The notes below the pieces were generated by a model. It saw only the letters and a program-made list of their open reading frames with translations. It had not been told where the DNA came from and did no database searches. The translations under genes and the position numbers were made by a program. A stretch of 59,133 nucleotides of DNA, counting the filler. It is 6 parts of 6 records of this genome, joined end to end, with 100 filler letters (N's around TTAATTAATTAA, not from the genome) between each part and the next. Parts side by side here need not be neighbours in the genome. Positions count along the whole stretch, not along the records: positions 1 to 12,882 come from SRR31147125_23614; positions 12,983 to 19,614 come from SRR31147125_23640; positions 19,715 to 29,701 come from SRR31147125_23656; 3 more parts are not named here. The stretch is one strand, 5' to 3'. Below are positions 12,317 through 23,023 of this stretch, in pieces (position 1 is the stretch's first letter; each line of letters opens with the position of its first letter).

Positions 12317-12625
12317 CTAGAGCTTAATCTCTACGTCCACACCTGCTGACAGATCAAGCTTCATCAGCGCGTCTACTGTCTGCTGAGTGGGTTCCATGAT
12401 ATCCAGAAGCCGCTTGTGCGTGCGAATCTCAAACTGCTCACGGCTTTTCTTGTCAACATGCGGCCCACGCAAAACACAATACTTATTAATTATAGTTGGC
12501 AGCGGGATCGGACCAACAAGCCGGGACCCTGTCCGTTTTGTCGTATCGACAATTTCAGCTACGGCCTGGTCCAACAAGCTGTGATCATATGCTTTCAAGC
12601 GAATTCTGATTTTTTGAGTAGACAT
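12317..12625 (-). CDS. rpsJ: 30S ribosomal protein S10
   Basis: [29 protein letters not shown]. Confidence 0.98.
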   Translation of the reverse strand: MSTQKIRIRLKAYDHSLLDQAVAEIVDTTKRTGSRLVGPIPLPTIINKYCVLRGPHVDKKSREQFEIRTHKRLLDIMEPTQQTVDALMKLDLSAGVDVEIKL

Positions 12626-12638
12626 TCAATTACCTCAT

Positions 12639-12882
12639 TTACTCGACGACTTCGCTGACCACGCCGGCGCCAACGGTACGGCCACCTTCGCGAATCGCAA
12701 AACGCAGTTCTTTGTCCATCGCAATCGGAGTGATCAGATCGACGTCCATTGCAATGTTATCCCCTGGCATAACCATCTCGGTTCCTTCCGGAAGCGTTAC
12801 GATCCCGGTCACATCCGTTGTACGGAAGTAGAACTGTGGACGATAGCCTTTGAAGAATGGGGTATGACGGCCACCTTCTTCT
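12639..12882 (-). CDS. tuf: Elongation factor Tu, C-terminal fragment (5' truncated by gap)
   Basis: Manual translation [25 protein letters not shown]...MVMPGDN...[15 protein letters not shown]. Confidence 0.97.
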
Positions 12883-12982
12883 NNNNNNNNNNNNNNNNNN
12901 NNNNNNNNNNNNNNNNNNNNNNNNNNTTAATTAATTAANNNNNNNNNNNNNNNNNNNNNNNNNNNNNNNNNNNNNNNNNNNN
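12883..12982. other. Artificial contig-join spacer (N44-TTAATTAATTAA-N44)
   Basis: Identical 100-nt spacer also at 19615-19714, 29702-29801, 41602-41701 and 47036-47135; composition and gene content change across each join. Confidence 0.97.
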
Positions 12983-13390
12983 ATGGAAATTGAAGAAGCA
13001 GCATCATTAATTGCGCAAGCAGCTGATCCGGATGCTAATATTATATTTGGTGCTGGAATAGATGAAGACCTTGATAATCAGGCAAGGATTACAGTTATTG
13101 CTACTGGTTTTACTAAGGCTAGTCAGCAAGCTAGAAGCAGACAATTATCTCCTGCAAGAGATGATTCTCAAAGAGGTGAAAGACAACTTGAGCAGCCATA
13201 TGCTCCACAAACATTTGGCAGCAATGCTAATAGGATAAACAGACCATCATACTTTGAAGAAGATGCATCTGCAAGAGACAGAAATCCCTCCTACGGAGGA
13301 GAGTACGATCCACCCAGCTACACGCCAAATAACAGTGATGTAGATGAGGATGATTTGGATGTACCACCATTCCTTCGCAGAAGAAGATAA
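12983..13390 (+). CDS. ftsZ: Cell division protein FtsZ, C-terminal fragment
   Basis: ANIIFGAGIDE...ITVIATGF, disordered linker, C-terminal core DLDVPPFLRRR. Confidence 0.93.
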   Translation: MEIEEAASLIAQAADPDANIIFGAGIDEDLDNQARITVIATGFTKASQQARSRQLSPARDDSQRGERQLEQPYAPQTFGSNANRINRPSYFEEDASARDRNPSYGGEYDPPSYTPNNSDVDEDDLDVPPFLRRRR

Positions 13391-13394
13391 TGAT

Positions 13395-13967
13395 TTACAA
13401 AGGTCGCTGTGATTTACCAGTGGCCTTTTCAAGTGCTATAACAATGATATATCCGAGGGCGCATTTAACCAAATCCCCTCCTATAAAAGGAAGTGCACCA
13501 ATAGCAATTGCTTTGGTTACTGTCATGCTTGACTGCATATAAAAATTGATGATAAAATACATGTATGTTACACCGAAAATATATACTACTAATGTAAAAG
13601 CTAAACAGCCCAGAACAAATGCAATTAATTTGTTTTTTATCTTCGAGGATGAATAAATAGTACCTAAGACGAAGGCACCAACAGCGAATCCTAATAGGAA
13701 CCCAAAGCTAGGGGTTAAAACATAGGAAAATCCCCCGCCAGCAGTAAAAACAGGCAATCCTATAAGTCCGAGAATAATATATGCTAAGATAGTTAGTGGG
13801 GCTAGTTTCTTATTGAGTAGACAAGCTAGTATTACAACGACAGCAGTCTGTAAGGACAGTTCAATAGTTGTAAAAGGTATGGGAACACTCAGTATTCCGC
13901 TTACACAAAGTAGTGCAATAAAAATACTGCTGTATGCCAAGTTTCTGGTAGAAAATGTTTTAGACAT
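13395..13967 (-). CDS. bioY: Biotin transporter BioY (ECF S-component)
   Basis: YIILGLIGLPVFTAGGG...PSFGFLLGF, PFIGGDLVK; ATG at 13967 follows GAAAGAGG RBS. Confidence 0.9.
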   Translation of the reverse strand: MSKTFSTRNLAYSSIFIALLCVSGILSVPIPFTTIELSLQTAVVVILACLLNKKLAPLTILAYIILGLIGLPVFTAGGGFSYVLTPSFGFLLGFAVGAFVLGTIYSSSKIKNKLIAFVLGCLAFTLVVYIFGVTYMYFIINFYMQSSMTVTKAIAIGALPFIGGDLVKCALGYIIVIALEKATGKSQRPL

Positions 13968-13999
13968 AAAAACCTCTTTCAATAAATAATTTCTAAAAC

Positions 14000-14028
14000 A
14001 TAATATAATTATTAATTAAGATTGTCAA
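14000..14028 (-). promoter_or_regulatory. Putative sigma70/sigmaA promoter of bioY
   Basis: Minus strand TTGACA-N17-TATTAT, about 30 nt upstream of the bioY start. Confidence 0.6.
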
Positions 14029-14060
14029 ATTTTTAACTAATAAATCTGTGAGGAAAAATA

Positions 14061-16631
14061 ATGGAAAAAACAATAATGATAATAGATGGTAATTCATTAA
14101 TGTATAGAGCTTTTTATGCTATGTCGCCAGTATTGACTGATAAGGGAATATACACCAATGCGGTATATGGTTTTATGAATATGTTTTTGAAAGTTACAAA
14201 AGATTACGCTCCTTCACATATTGCTGTAGCTTTTGATCTGCATGGCAAAACATTCCGTAATGATTTATATAGTGACTATAAAGCAAATAGAAGTGAAACT
14301 CCACAAGAGCTGCGTCCGCAGTTTGATATAATAAAAGATGTTTTAGCATCTATGGAAGTAAAGATAATAGAAGTACCCAAATATGAAGCTGATGATGTTC
14401 TAGGTACAATGTCAAAAACAGCACAAAAGGCAGGGTATAAAACATTGATAGTGACCGGAGATAAAGACATACTTCAGCTAATAAATGATGATGTTAACGT
14501 CTATATGACAGTAAAAGGCATAAGCGAGGTAAAAATCTTTGATACTGATATGGTTAATGAAAAATATACGTTAAAACCAGAACAGATAATTGATATGAAA
14601 GGTTTAATGGGAGATTCAAGTGATAATATACCTGGAGTTAAGGGTGTTGGAGAAAAAACAGCTATAAAGCTTTTATCAGAATATAAAACATTAGAAGGTG
14701 TATATGAAAATATTGAAAAAGTTAAAGGTAAATTAAAGGAAAAACTTGAAAACGATAAAGAACTAGCGTTTATTTCAAAAGAATTAGCAACAATTAAAAC
14801 TGACCTTGAATTAGATGTTGATTTAGAAAACTGCATAATGAAAAATCTAGAGGATACTAATGTATTAACAAAATTAGAAGAATTAAATTTTGCATCTATT
14901 ATAAAAAAAATAAGGAAATCAACAGGAACAGATGGGCAAAGTAATAGTAAGGTAGAAGAAATAGTTCAAATAACAGACAATGAGTTGTTTGATAAAATGC
15001 TTTTAGATTTTAAAAGTATAAATCAAATTACATTTTATAAAGATTCAAAATATCTATACATTTCTAACAATGAAAAAGAATATAAACTCTCTTTAACAAT
15101 TGATTTATTGGGTAATGGATTTGAAATAGATTATGTGTTTTCCAAGTTATCAAATGTAATTAAAAATTCAGATAATATAATAATCTACAATTTAAAAGAG
15201 TGGCTAAGATATTTTAATAAAGCAGAAATAGATTTAAAGAGCAAAGTGTTCGATACATATCTGGCTGCTTATATACTTAACCAAAACATTAGACGGGGAT
15301 ATGATAACCTTATAGAAAGTCAGCTTTATATAGATAAAAACAATTCGCCAGCATTTAATATGTTTGGTCTTGCTAAAAAACAAATACAATTAATTACTTT
15401 AAGAAATCTTGATGATCTTTATAATAAGGTTGAACTTCCTTTAACAAGTATTTTATACGATATGGAACAGAGCGGGTTTAGAGTAGATGTAGATGTTCTA
15501 AAAGAAATTGATAAGAAGTTAGTGAACCAGATAGAGGAAGTAAAGAAAAAGATTTTTGTTCTTGCAGGTAGTGAATTTAACGTAAATTCACCTAAACAAC
15601 TAGGAGTAATTTTATTTGAGACACTAGGTTTAGACGTAATCAAAAAAACTAAAACTGGGTATTCTACAGATTCATATGTGTTGGAAAAGCTCTATGATAG
15701 GCATGAAATAATACCACATATTATTGAGTACCGACATTTAGCAAAGCTAAAGAGCACATATATTGATGGAATAATACCTATAGTCAATAAATCTACAGGT
15801 AAGCTGCACACAAAATTACATCAAACTGGAGCTGTAACGGGCAGACTATCATCATCTGATCCTAATTTGCAGAATATACCCATACGAAACGAGCAGGGTA
15901 GAGAAATAAGAAAAGCGTTTTTATCATCATCAGATGAACATATTTTAATAAGCGCTGATTATTCGCAGATCGAACTAAGGGTATTGGCGCATATTGCAAA
16001 AGAGGAAAATATGATACAGGCCTTTAAAGATAAGGTAGATATTCACGCAAATACAGCGGCACAGGTATATAATGCAGATGTCAAAGATGTAACAAGAAGT
16101 ATGAGATCATCTGCAAAAGCTGTAAACTTTGGTATTGTATATGGAATTAGCGATTTTGGATTAGCAAGACAGCTAAACATACCAACAAGAGAAGCATCAG
16201 AATTTATTAAAAAGTATTTTGAGGCATTCCCTGGAATTAAATCTTATATGGATAATACCATTGAATTTGGCAGAAATACAGGATATGTTGAAACGTTATA
16301 TAACAGACGAGTGTATTTGCCAGACCTAAAGGCAACCAATTATACAAGACGTCAGGCGGCAGAACGTATTGCGATGAACGCCCCAATACAAGGAAGTGCA
16401 GCGGATATAATTAAGCTTGCTATGATAGAAGTATTTAGCGCTATTACAGAATCTAAATTAAAATCAAAAATGATACTACAGGTTCATGACGAATTAATAA
16501 TAGATACACATAAAAGTGAAGTGGATAATGTTAAAGAAATATTAAAAGATAGAATGGAGAATATTTTCAAATTAAAATGTCCGCTTGTTGTGGATATTTC
16601 GGAGGGAAAGAACTGGTATGAAGCAAAATAA
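14061..16631 (+). CDS. polA: DNA polymerase I
   Basis: IDGNSLMYRAFYA 5'-3' exonuclease, GRLSSSDPNLQNIP, ADYSQIELR, KAVNFGIVYG, LQVHDEL. Confidence 0.98.
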   Translation: MEKTIMIIDGNSLMYRAFYAMSPVLTDKGIYTNAVYGFMNMFLKVTKDYAPSHIAVAFDLHGKTFRNDLYSDYKANRSETPQELRPQFDIIKDVLASMEVKIIEVPKYEADDVLGTMSKTAQKAGYKTLIVTGDKDILQLINDDVNVYMTVKGISEVKIFDTDMVNEKYTLKPEQIIDMKGLMGDSSDNIPGVKGVGEKTAIKLLSEYKTLEGVYENIEKVKGKLKEKLENDKELAFISKELATIKTDLELDVDLENCIMKNLEDTNVLTKLEELNFASIIKKIRKSTGTDGQSNSKVEEIVQITDNELFDKMLLDFKSINQITFYKDSKYLYISNNEKEYKLSLTIDLLGNGFEIDYVFSKLSNVIKNSDNIIIYNLKEWLRYFNKAEIDLKSKVFDTYLAAYILNQNIRRGYDNLIESQLYIDKNNSPAFNMFGLAKKQIQLITLRNLDDLYNKVELPLTSILYDMEQSGFRVDVDVLKEIDKKLVNQIEEVKKKIFVLAGSEFNVNSPKQLGVILFETLGLDVIKKTKTGYSTDSYVLEKLYDRHEIIPHIIEYRHLAKLKSTYIDGIIPIVNKSTGKLHTKLHQTGAVTGRLSSSDPNLQNIPIRNEQGREIRKAFLSSSDEHILISADYSQIELRVLAHIAKEENMIQAFKDKVDIHANTAAQVYNADVKDVTRSMRSSAKAVNFGIVYGISDFGLARQLNIPTREASEFIKKYFEAFPGIKSYMDNTIEFGRNTGYVETLYNRRVYLPDLKATNYTRRQAAERIAMNAPIQGSAADIIKLAMIEVFSAITESKLKSKMILQVHDELIIDTHKSEVDNVKEILKDRMENIFKLKCPLVVDISEGKNWYEAK

Positions 16632-17232
16632 GATATATATAATTGGACTAACTGGCGGCATAGCTACTGGAAAAAGTACAGTTTCAAATATTTTAAAGCA
16701 GGCTGGTATTAAGGTAATTGATGCAGATATAATTGCACGAGAAATATTAGAACCCTATAAAGAAGGGTGGTATGAAGTAGTTGGATATGTCGGCAACGAT
16801 TATGTAAATGAGGATTTTACTATTAAAAGAAAAAAATTAGCTGACAGAATATTTAACAATACTGAAGATTTAGTAAAAATAAACAGTTTACTTCATCCTA
16901 TCATTATTGATAAGATAAAGGATAAAGTGAATAGATATGAAGAAACTGGAGTTAAGCTAGTATTTATTGATGCGCCATTGCTTTTTGAAAGTGGAATAGA
17001 TGAAGACTGCAACGAAGTATGGCTTTTGGTATGCGGAATAGATGAACAAATAAGCAGAGTAATGAAAAGAGATAATCTTTCCTATGAGCAAGCTGCAAAG
17101 ATAATAAAAAATCAAATGTCGGATGCAGAAAAAAGAGTAAATGCAACCAGAATTATAGATACAAGTGATAGCTTAGAGAATACCATTAGACATATTAAAG
17201 TTCTTCTGGAGGAAGTATTAGATGAAAAGTAG
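16618..17232 (+). CDS. coaE: Dephospho-CoA kinase
   Basis: IGLTGGIATGKST, DADIIAR, DAPLLFE; overlaps the polA stop. Confidence 0.96.
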   Translation: MKQNKIYIIGLTGGIATGKSTVSNILKQAGIKVIDADIIAREILEPYKEGWYEVVGYVGNDYVNEDFTIKRKKLADRIFNNTEDLVKINSLLHPIIIDKIKDKVNRYEETGVKLVFIDAPLLFESGIDEDCNEVWLLVCGIDEQISRVMKRDNLSYEQAAKIIKNQMSDAEKRVNATRIIDTSDSLENTIRHIKVLLEEVLDEK

Positions 17233-18838
17233 AATATATATTTTATTAATTGCATTGGTTTTTGCTATATCAGGATGTACTAGTTCAAGAACATTGCAGG
17301 CAGTTGAACCAACAGATACACCAACACCAGACATTGAAGATTGGTTAGGTGTAAGCACTACTGTAAAAGTTCCAATACCTACTGAAATTGAAAGCACAAA
17401 TCCTTTTCTTGTAGAAAAAAAGGATACACTTAGCTTGTATAATTTGATTTATGAACCTTTAATTAAACTTAATGAATCAAATGAACCTACACCATGTTTG
17501 GCAAAATCATGGAGAGTTAATGAAGACGGCACTACATGGACTTTCGTTATAAGGGATGGGGTATATTGGCATAATACAAACAGAGAAATAAATGCTCAAG
17601 ATGTAGTATTTACATTAGCTTTAATGAAAGAAGTAAAAAGCAGTTCTATTCATTGCAATGTAATGGGGTACATAAAGGATTGGGAAAGAATAGATGATAG
17701 AACATTGGAAATAACAACATATGAACCTTTTTACGGATTCTTAATGGCAATGGATTTTCCTGTTTTGCCATATGATGCAGGATTTTCAAGCGGTGAGACA
17801 CAATCAGGAATACCTGTAGGAACGGGACCTTATTATGTAGCTGACTACAGGCCAGGCACAAGAATAGAATTGCAAGTTAATGAAAATTGGTGGAAAAATC
17901 TACCTGAGATTACTACTATAATTGCAGAGATGTATGATGATCCATCTTTGGCAGTATCAGCATTAACTTTGGGACAGATTGATGTGATTTCAACCGATGA
18001 AGTATCGGTAAATCAAATAAGAGAAGACAACAGTATAAATGCATTTGAATATACTACAAACTATTATGAGTTTTTGATGCCAAATATAGAGAGCAATATA
18101 TTATTAAGAGACAAGAAAGTAAGGCAAGCGATAGCCTTAGGAATTGATAGACAGGAGATAATATCAAATGTATATGTAAACCATGCAGTTATTACTGAAT
18201 CTCCAATACAGCCAGCTTCATGGCTGTATGAAGGTACAGTAAAAGGCTATGAGTGTGATATTGAAGAAGCAAAGAGGTTATTAACTCTTGCTGGGTGGAA
18301 AAAAGAAAATCCAGAGGATTTATATTTTAACATTTCACCAGATGGAATTCATGCTGACTTTACATTAGACTTGGTAACCAACAATAGTGAGTATAATTCA
18401 TTGAGATATGAAACTGCTGTAACAATTCAAAAACAGTTAGCTAAAATAGGAATTAAAATAAACTTAAAAACTGTTGAATGGGACTTGTTTACTACCAGAA
18501 TATCAGAAGGATATTATGATTTGCTTTTAGCAGGATGGTATGTTGATGAAATACCAGATTTCAGAAAACTCTTTGAAAAAAAAGGAACAAATAATCTATC
18601 TGGATATTCAAGCACAGAAATGGATGAATTACTAGAAGAGATTTTAAAACAGTCAACAGAGGAAGGGTTAAGAAATAGTCTATTAAAATTACAGAATTTG
18701 CTGGTTGAAGATGTTCCCATAATAAGTCTTTACTTTAGAACTAATACTTTGCTTACAAGAGCTGGAATTGTAAATGTATCTGATTCAAAAGATGGTCGTG
18801 CTTACAACACAATACACGAGTGGGATATTATAGACTAG
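17222..18838 (+). CDS. Family 5 (oligopeptide-type) ABC substrate-binding lipoprotein
   Basis: Lipobox ISGC, LIYEPL...PCLAKSW, AQDVVFT, PVGTGPY, VRQAIALGIDR. Confidence 0.9.
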   Translation: MKSRIYILLIALVFAISGCTSSRTLQAVEPTDTPTPDIEDWLGVSTTVKVPIPTEIESTNPFLVEKKDTLSLYNLIYEPLIKLNESNEPTPCLAKSWRVNEDGTTWTFVIRDGVYWHNTNREINAQDVVFTLALMKEVKSSSIHCNVMGYIKDWERIDDRTLEITTYEPFYGFLMAMDFPVLPYDAGFSSGETQSGIPVGTGPYYVADYRPGTRIELQVNENWWKNLPEITTIIAEMYDDPSLAVSALTLGQIDVISTDEVSVNQIREDNSINAFEYTTNYYEFLMPNIESNILLRDKKVRQAIALGIDRQEIISNVYVNHAVITESPIQPASWLYEGTVKGYECDIEEAKRLLTLAGWKKENPEDLYFNISPDGIHADFTLDLVTNNSEYNSLRYETAVTIQKQLAKIGIKINLKTVEWDLFTTRISEGYYDLLLAGWYVDEIPDFRKLFEKKGTNNLSGYSSTEMDELLEEILKQSTEEGLRNSLLKLQNLLVEDVPIISLYFRTNTLLTRAGIVNVSDSKDGRAYNTIHEWDIID

Positions 18839-18973
18839 AACTACAGAATATGTAATAAATCTGGAATGAAAGAAATGTTTAGCTTCTAAAATTAAGTGGT
18901 ATATTATATACATACATGTAAGTAGCATGTATAGATGGTATTATAAGAAGCGACGGAAACAAAGGAGGTTCTC

Positions 18974-19504
18974 ATGAGGATTAATATTACAGGTAAGCGT
19001 ATGGATGTAACACAGCCAATTAAAGATCTTATCGAAAAGAAGATGAAAAAACTTGATAAATTTTTTGGCGAAGATACTCAGGTAAAGGTTGTTCTATCTG
19101 TAGAAAAAGGAAGAAATATCATGGAAGCAACTATACATTACGAAGGTATAATAATCAGATCTGAAGATTATACAAGGGATATGAATACTACTGTTGACAA
19201 GGTAGTAAAAAAATTAGAAAAGCAAGTGATAAGTCACAAATCAAAACTAGCTTCTAGGCTAAAAAAAGGTGCTTTTAAGGAAAATGAAAAATATGAAGAT
19301 ATCAAAGCAGCAAAAGAACAAGAAGTTGTAAAGAAAAAGAGTTTTCCTATTGAACCTATGAGTGTTGATGAAGCTATTATGCAGATGAATTTATTAGCTC
19401 ATTCATTTTATGTATTCGTTAACGAGGAAACAAATAATGTTAATGTTATATATATAAGAGTAGATGGTCAGATAGGATTGCTAGAACCTGAATATGCAAA
19501 ATAA
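18974..19504 (+). CDS. hpf: Ribosome hibernation promoting factor, long form
   Basis: MRINITGKRMDVT, C-terminal dimerisation domain PMSVDEAIMQMNLLAHSFYVF; AAGGAGG RBS. Confidence 0.93.
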   Translation: MRINITGKRMDVTQPIKDLIEKKMKKLDKFFGEDTQVKVVLSVEKGRNIMEATIHYEGIIIRSEDYTRDMNTTVDKVVKKLEKQVISHKSKLASRLKKGAFKENEKYEDIKAAKEQEVVKKKSFPIEPMSVDEAIMQMNLLAHSFYVFVNEETNNVNVIYIRVDGQIGLLEPEYAK

Positions 19505-19530
19505 TGATTTAAAATTTTTATATAATTAAT

Positions 19531-19556
19531 AAAGGAACTTCATAAGAGGTTCCTTT
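19531..19556 (+). terminator. Probable intrinsic terminator after hpf
   Basis: Inverted repeat AAAGGAACTTC-ATAA-GAGGTTCCTTT. Confidence 0.6.
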
Positions 19557-19714
19557 AATATGTAAATAAGTTAACTAAGGTTAATAATTGGGACTGTTGA
19601 AAAATAGAAATTTTNNNNNNNNNNNNNNNNNNNNNNNNNNNNNNNNNNNNNNNNNNNNTTAATTAATTAANNNNNNNNNNNNNNNNNNNNNNNNNNNNNN
19701 NNNNNNNNNNNNNN

Positions 19715-20310
19715 AACGATCCTCTTCAAAGGACCTCCCTCCGATTGGTGAAAAACGTATCGTCACCTTGTTATTTTCAGATGTACGAAATTTTTCAGCC
19801 ATTACCGAAAAATTAAGTCCTGAAGAAATTGTTAAACTTGTCAATATTTATTTGGATTTACAAGCTCGAATAGTTGAAGAAAATGGTGGCATCGTGGACA
19901 AGTTCATGGGCGATCAAATAATGGCTATTTTTCTGGGCGATTCACAGGCCGATGATGCCATACGGACCGCGGTTGAAATTCAACGCTCAATTCGGGAATT
20001 AAACATTCGTAGAAAACGTCAGGACCAGGTCTATTTTACCGTTGGATGCGGCCTGAATATCGGAGATGCTGTTATGGGAAATATGGGATCCGGTAATCGC
20101 CTGGATTATACTGTAATTGGCGATGTTGTCAATCTCGCTTCACATCTTTGCGCTGTTGCCAAACCAAGTCAAATCATTGCTCCCATAGATATCATAAAAT
20201 ATTTAAATGGCGAATATCCAACGGTTCGATTAAATCCCATAACCGTTAAAGGAAAAAGTCTGCCGGTTGATGTCATTGAGGTGGATTATGATCGAGCAAT
20301 CATCATGTAA
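19715..20310 (+). CDS. Class III adenylate/guanylate cyclase, C-terminal catalytic domain (5' truncated)
   Basis: LFSDVRNFS, DKFMGDQIMA, GNMGS..RLDYTVIGDVVNLAS. Confidence 0.92.
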
Positions 20311-20312
20311 AA

Positions 20313-22580
20313 GTGTGGATGGTGGGAAGAATTATGTCACGAAAACACATTACCCTCTTGCTATTGCTTGTTAATGTTGCCTCTTATTGCCTGGCTCAAT
20401 CTCAATTACTTTCGTTCGCCCCCGGCGCCAAATCTATAGGATTAGGAAAATCGGGTGTCGTTGAGGTTTACGATCCCACAGCAATCTATTGGAACCCAGC
20501 CTCATTAGGCGCATTAAACTACAGCCAGTCTATATTTTCAATACACCAGCCAAATACAATCAATTATGCAGGTTATTCTCATTTTTTTCCTCTCCATGGA
20601 TCCTTTGCCATCAACGTAGGAAAAACAACAGGTGGGGATAATCCTGTTGAGCTGGCAGGATTGGGTTATGGATTCCATCTGGGAAACAACATTTATACCG
20701 GTTTTTCTTTAAATGTGCTGCAAATCGAAAAAACAAACTGGACCACTGGCGGTGTGGGCGTACTATATAAACCACTTGCCAAACAAAACGATGACAAATC
20801 CGTTGATAATACCTTATCTTCTCTCTTAAACCGGTTGACACTTGGTGTTTCTGTCCAACACATTCCATTAATCGTTTCAGATTATGATCATCAAATCAGG
20901 ATGGGTGGTTCTTACAACATGCCCATTTTAAATACAAAAATTGTTTATAGCCATCACTTTCAAAGAGACAAAGACACAGATCACCTTGGATTGACGTTCT
21001 CACCATTTTCTCGATTCGAATTTATAGCCGGACTAAATGATGTCACATGGGATAAATTTGGCATAGGTGCTGTGTTTTATTGGGAAAATATTGGATTAAG
21101 CCTCTCATACGATCGGGAAATAGAACGAGTTGCTGTATCAGCAACATTCAGGATTGGCCAAAGCCCGGCTGTTTTAGCCGAACGTGAATACAAAAAAGCT
21201 AAAAATTACCTTTTGCAACAAAACAAACGACAAGCCTTGACTAAAAGTCGCAAAGCTCTTGCTTATAATCCATATCAATTGGAAGCAACGCGAATTGTAT
21301 CCAATCTGGAGCCCATTCTAAAAAAAGAAAATCAACAAATTGATTCCCTTTTAATCCTGGCAAAAACACATGAAAAGAAAAATTGGTATATAAGCGCGGC
21401 TGCAAATTATCTAAATGTCCTCAGGTTGGATCCTCAAAATAAAAACGCTGAAATTGGCATCAGGACAATTCGACCCAAAGTCAATATCCATACAGAGCGT
21501 TGGTATTTATCCGGTGTAAAATATTTCGAACAAGGGGATTTAAATCACGCAAAGTACATATTTGAGTCCATTTTATTGGTTCGACCGGACCATATTGCGT
21601 CAAAGACCTATCTCGATAAAGTCAACAACGTTTTCCAGAAAGATGCTGAAGAATTTTATTATACCGGATTAGGATTCTATCGACAACGAAATCTTGATCA
21701 GGCAGAAGAACATTTTCAAAAAGCACTGGATTTGATCCCCAATTATACAGATGCGCTTTATTATCTCGACAAAATTGATCAGGATAGAAAAAACAACAAA
21801 ATCCGTCTGGCCGAACTATATCAGGAAGCAAGCACGTTAGAAAAATCCGGATCCATCAGCTCAGCTCTCTCAAGATATGAACAAATCCTTAAATTTGATC
21901 CAACACATCAGGTAGCACGTGAAAAAGTAAACAAATTACGTTCCCAGTTAACATCCATCATTAATCGTCACTATGCACGCGGTAAATCCGCGTATAATTC
22001 CGGTAAATACCTGGCAGCACAAAACTCATTTAAATCGGTTTTGGCTATTCAACCATCCCATTCCGGCGCCCGACGCTATCTTTCCCTTATTAATAAATCA
22101 AATAGCGGCAGAATAAATAAAAGCTTTGAAAACGCTCAAAGCCATTATGACAATGAAAATTGGGAAGCCACACTTTCTGCACTGGATTCTGCGCTCGCTA
22201 TTGATCCGTATTTTAAAGAAGCAAAACAACTCCAGGAAAAAACAATATCCATGATGGGAGTTGAAAAATTACTGGAAAAAGCCAAATCAGAATATCTCAG
22301 TGGTCAATACCTGCAAGCACTGGAAAAATTCAATCAAGTACTCGAAGACGATCCCGCTAATCCGGATGCCATGGAATTACGGGAACAATCGCAATCAAGA
22401 TTAAATGAACAGGTGGAAGAACATTTCACCAGAGGTATTCAATTATATACAGAAGAAAAATATCAATCAGCGATCAACGAATGGAACAAGGTTTTACAAA
22501 TCAATCCAAATCATACAGGTGCCCTGGAGTATAAAAGAAAGGCGCAGGAACGTATTGAGGCCTTAAACCAACTTCCATGA
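20313..22580 (+). CDS. Exported protein: PorV/FadL-like beta-barrel N-domain fused to a long TPR array
   Basis: Signal peptide; GAKSIGLG...DPTAIYWNPASL motif; alternating beta-strand segments to about aa 280; many TPR helices after that. Start may be ATG 20334. Confidence 0.7.
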   Translation: MWMVGRIMSRKHITLLLLLVNVASYCLAQSQLLSFAPGAKSIGLGKSGVVEVYDPTAIYWNPASLGALNYSQSIFSIHQPNTINYAGYSHFFPLHGSFAINVGKTTGGDNPVELAGLGYGFHLGNNIYTGFSLNVLQIEKTNWTTGGVGVLYKPLAKQNDDKSVDNTLSSLLNRLTLGVSVQHIPLIVSDYDHQIRMGGSYNMPILNTKIVYSHHFQRDKDTDHLGLTFSPFSRFEFIAGLNDVTWDKFGIGAVFYWENIGLSLSYDREIERVAVSATFRIGQSPAVLAEREYKKAKNYLLQQNKRQALTKSRKALAYNPYQLEATRIVSNLEPILKKENQQIDSLLILAKTHEKKNWYISAAANYLNVLRLDPQNKNAEIGIRTIRPKVNIHTERWYLSGVKYFEQGDLNHAKYIFESILLVRPDHIASKTYLDKVNNVFQKDAEEFYYTGLGFYRQRNLDQAEEHFQKALDLIPNYTDALYYLDKIDQDRKNNKIRLAELYQEASTLEKSGSISSALSRYEQILKFDPTHQVAREKVNKLRSQLTSIINRHYARGKSAYNSGKYLAAQNSFKSVLAIQPSHSGARRYLSLINKSNSGRINKSFENAQSHYDNENWEATLSALDSALAIDPYFKEAKQLQEKTISMMGVEKLLEKAKSEYLSGQYLQALEKFNQVLEDDPANPDAMELREQSQSRLNEQVEEHFTRGIQLYTEEKYQSAINEWNKVLQINPNHTGALEYKRKAQERIEALNQLP

Positions 22581-22641
22581 TAAAACGAAGCAAAATTAAA
22601 AAAACTCTGTACCACCAGGGCCCTCATTTGTTTTTTCCTTT

Positions 22642-23001
22642 ATGACAAAAGCAGATAAAATCTTACTGGTTTGTTCCCTTGCCCTGGCCTTATTCAGCAT
22701 CAGCTTTAGCCATTTAATTCGCTCTTATGGTGTTAACGCTATTGTTGAGATAAATGGTAAACGGGTGGCAAAACTTGCTTTATATGAAAATAATATCATT
22801 ACCCTGGATGGTTCAACCGGACCAGTACAAATTGAAGTAAAAAATGGTAAAATAAGAATTGCATCATCCAATTGTCCACACAAAACCTGTATAAAATCCG
22901 GCTTTGTGAACAAATCAGGTGATACCATAATTTGTATTCCGAATAAATTAGTCATTCGTATAATTGGCAAAAATAACAAACTGGACATAACAACCGGTTA
23001 A
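22642..23001 (+). CDS. NusG domain II-containing protein (DUF1312-like)
   Basis: N-terminal TM, then IRIASSNCPHKTCIKSG..ICIPNKLVI. Confidence 0.88.
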   Translation: MTKADKILLVCSLALALFSISFSHLIRSYGVNAIVEINGKRVAKLALYENNIITLDGSTGPVQIEVKNGKIRIASSNCPHKTCIKSGFVNKSGDTIICIPNKLVIRIIGKNNKLDITTG

Positions 23002-23023
23002 ATATAGACGATTAGGTAAATTC

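Noticed and set aside
4-12658. Numerous plus-strand ORFs over the ribosomal cluster
   Set aside because: Antisense shadows of conserved minus-strand genes with no recognisable motifs
12927-12938. TTAATTAATTAA motif recurring five times
   Set aside because: Always centred in a 100-nt N block; an artificial linker with stops in all frames, not a biological repeat
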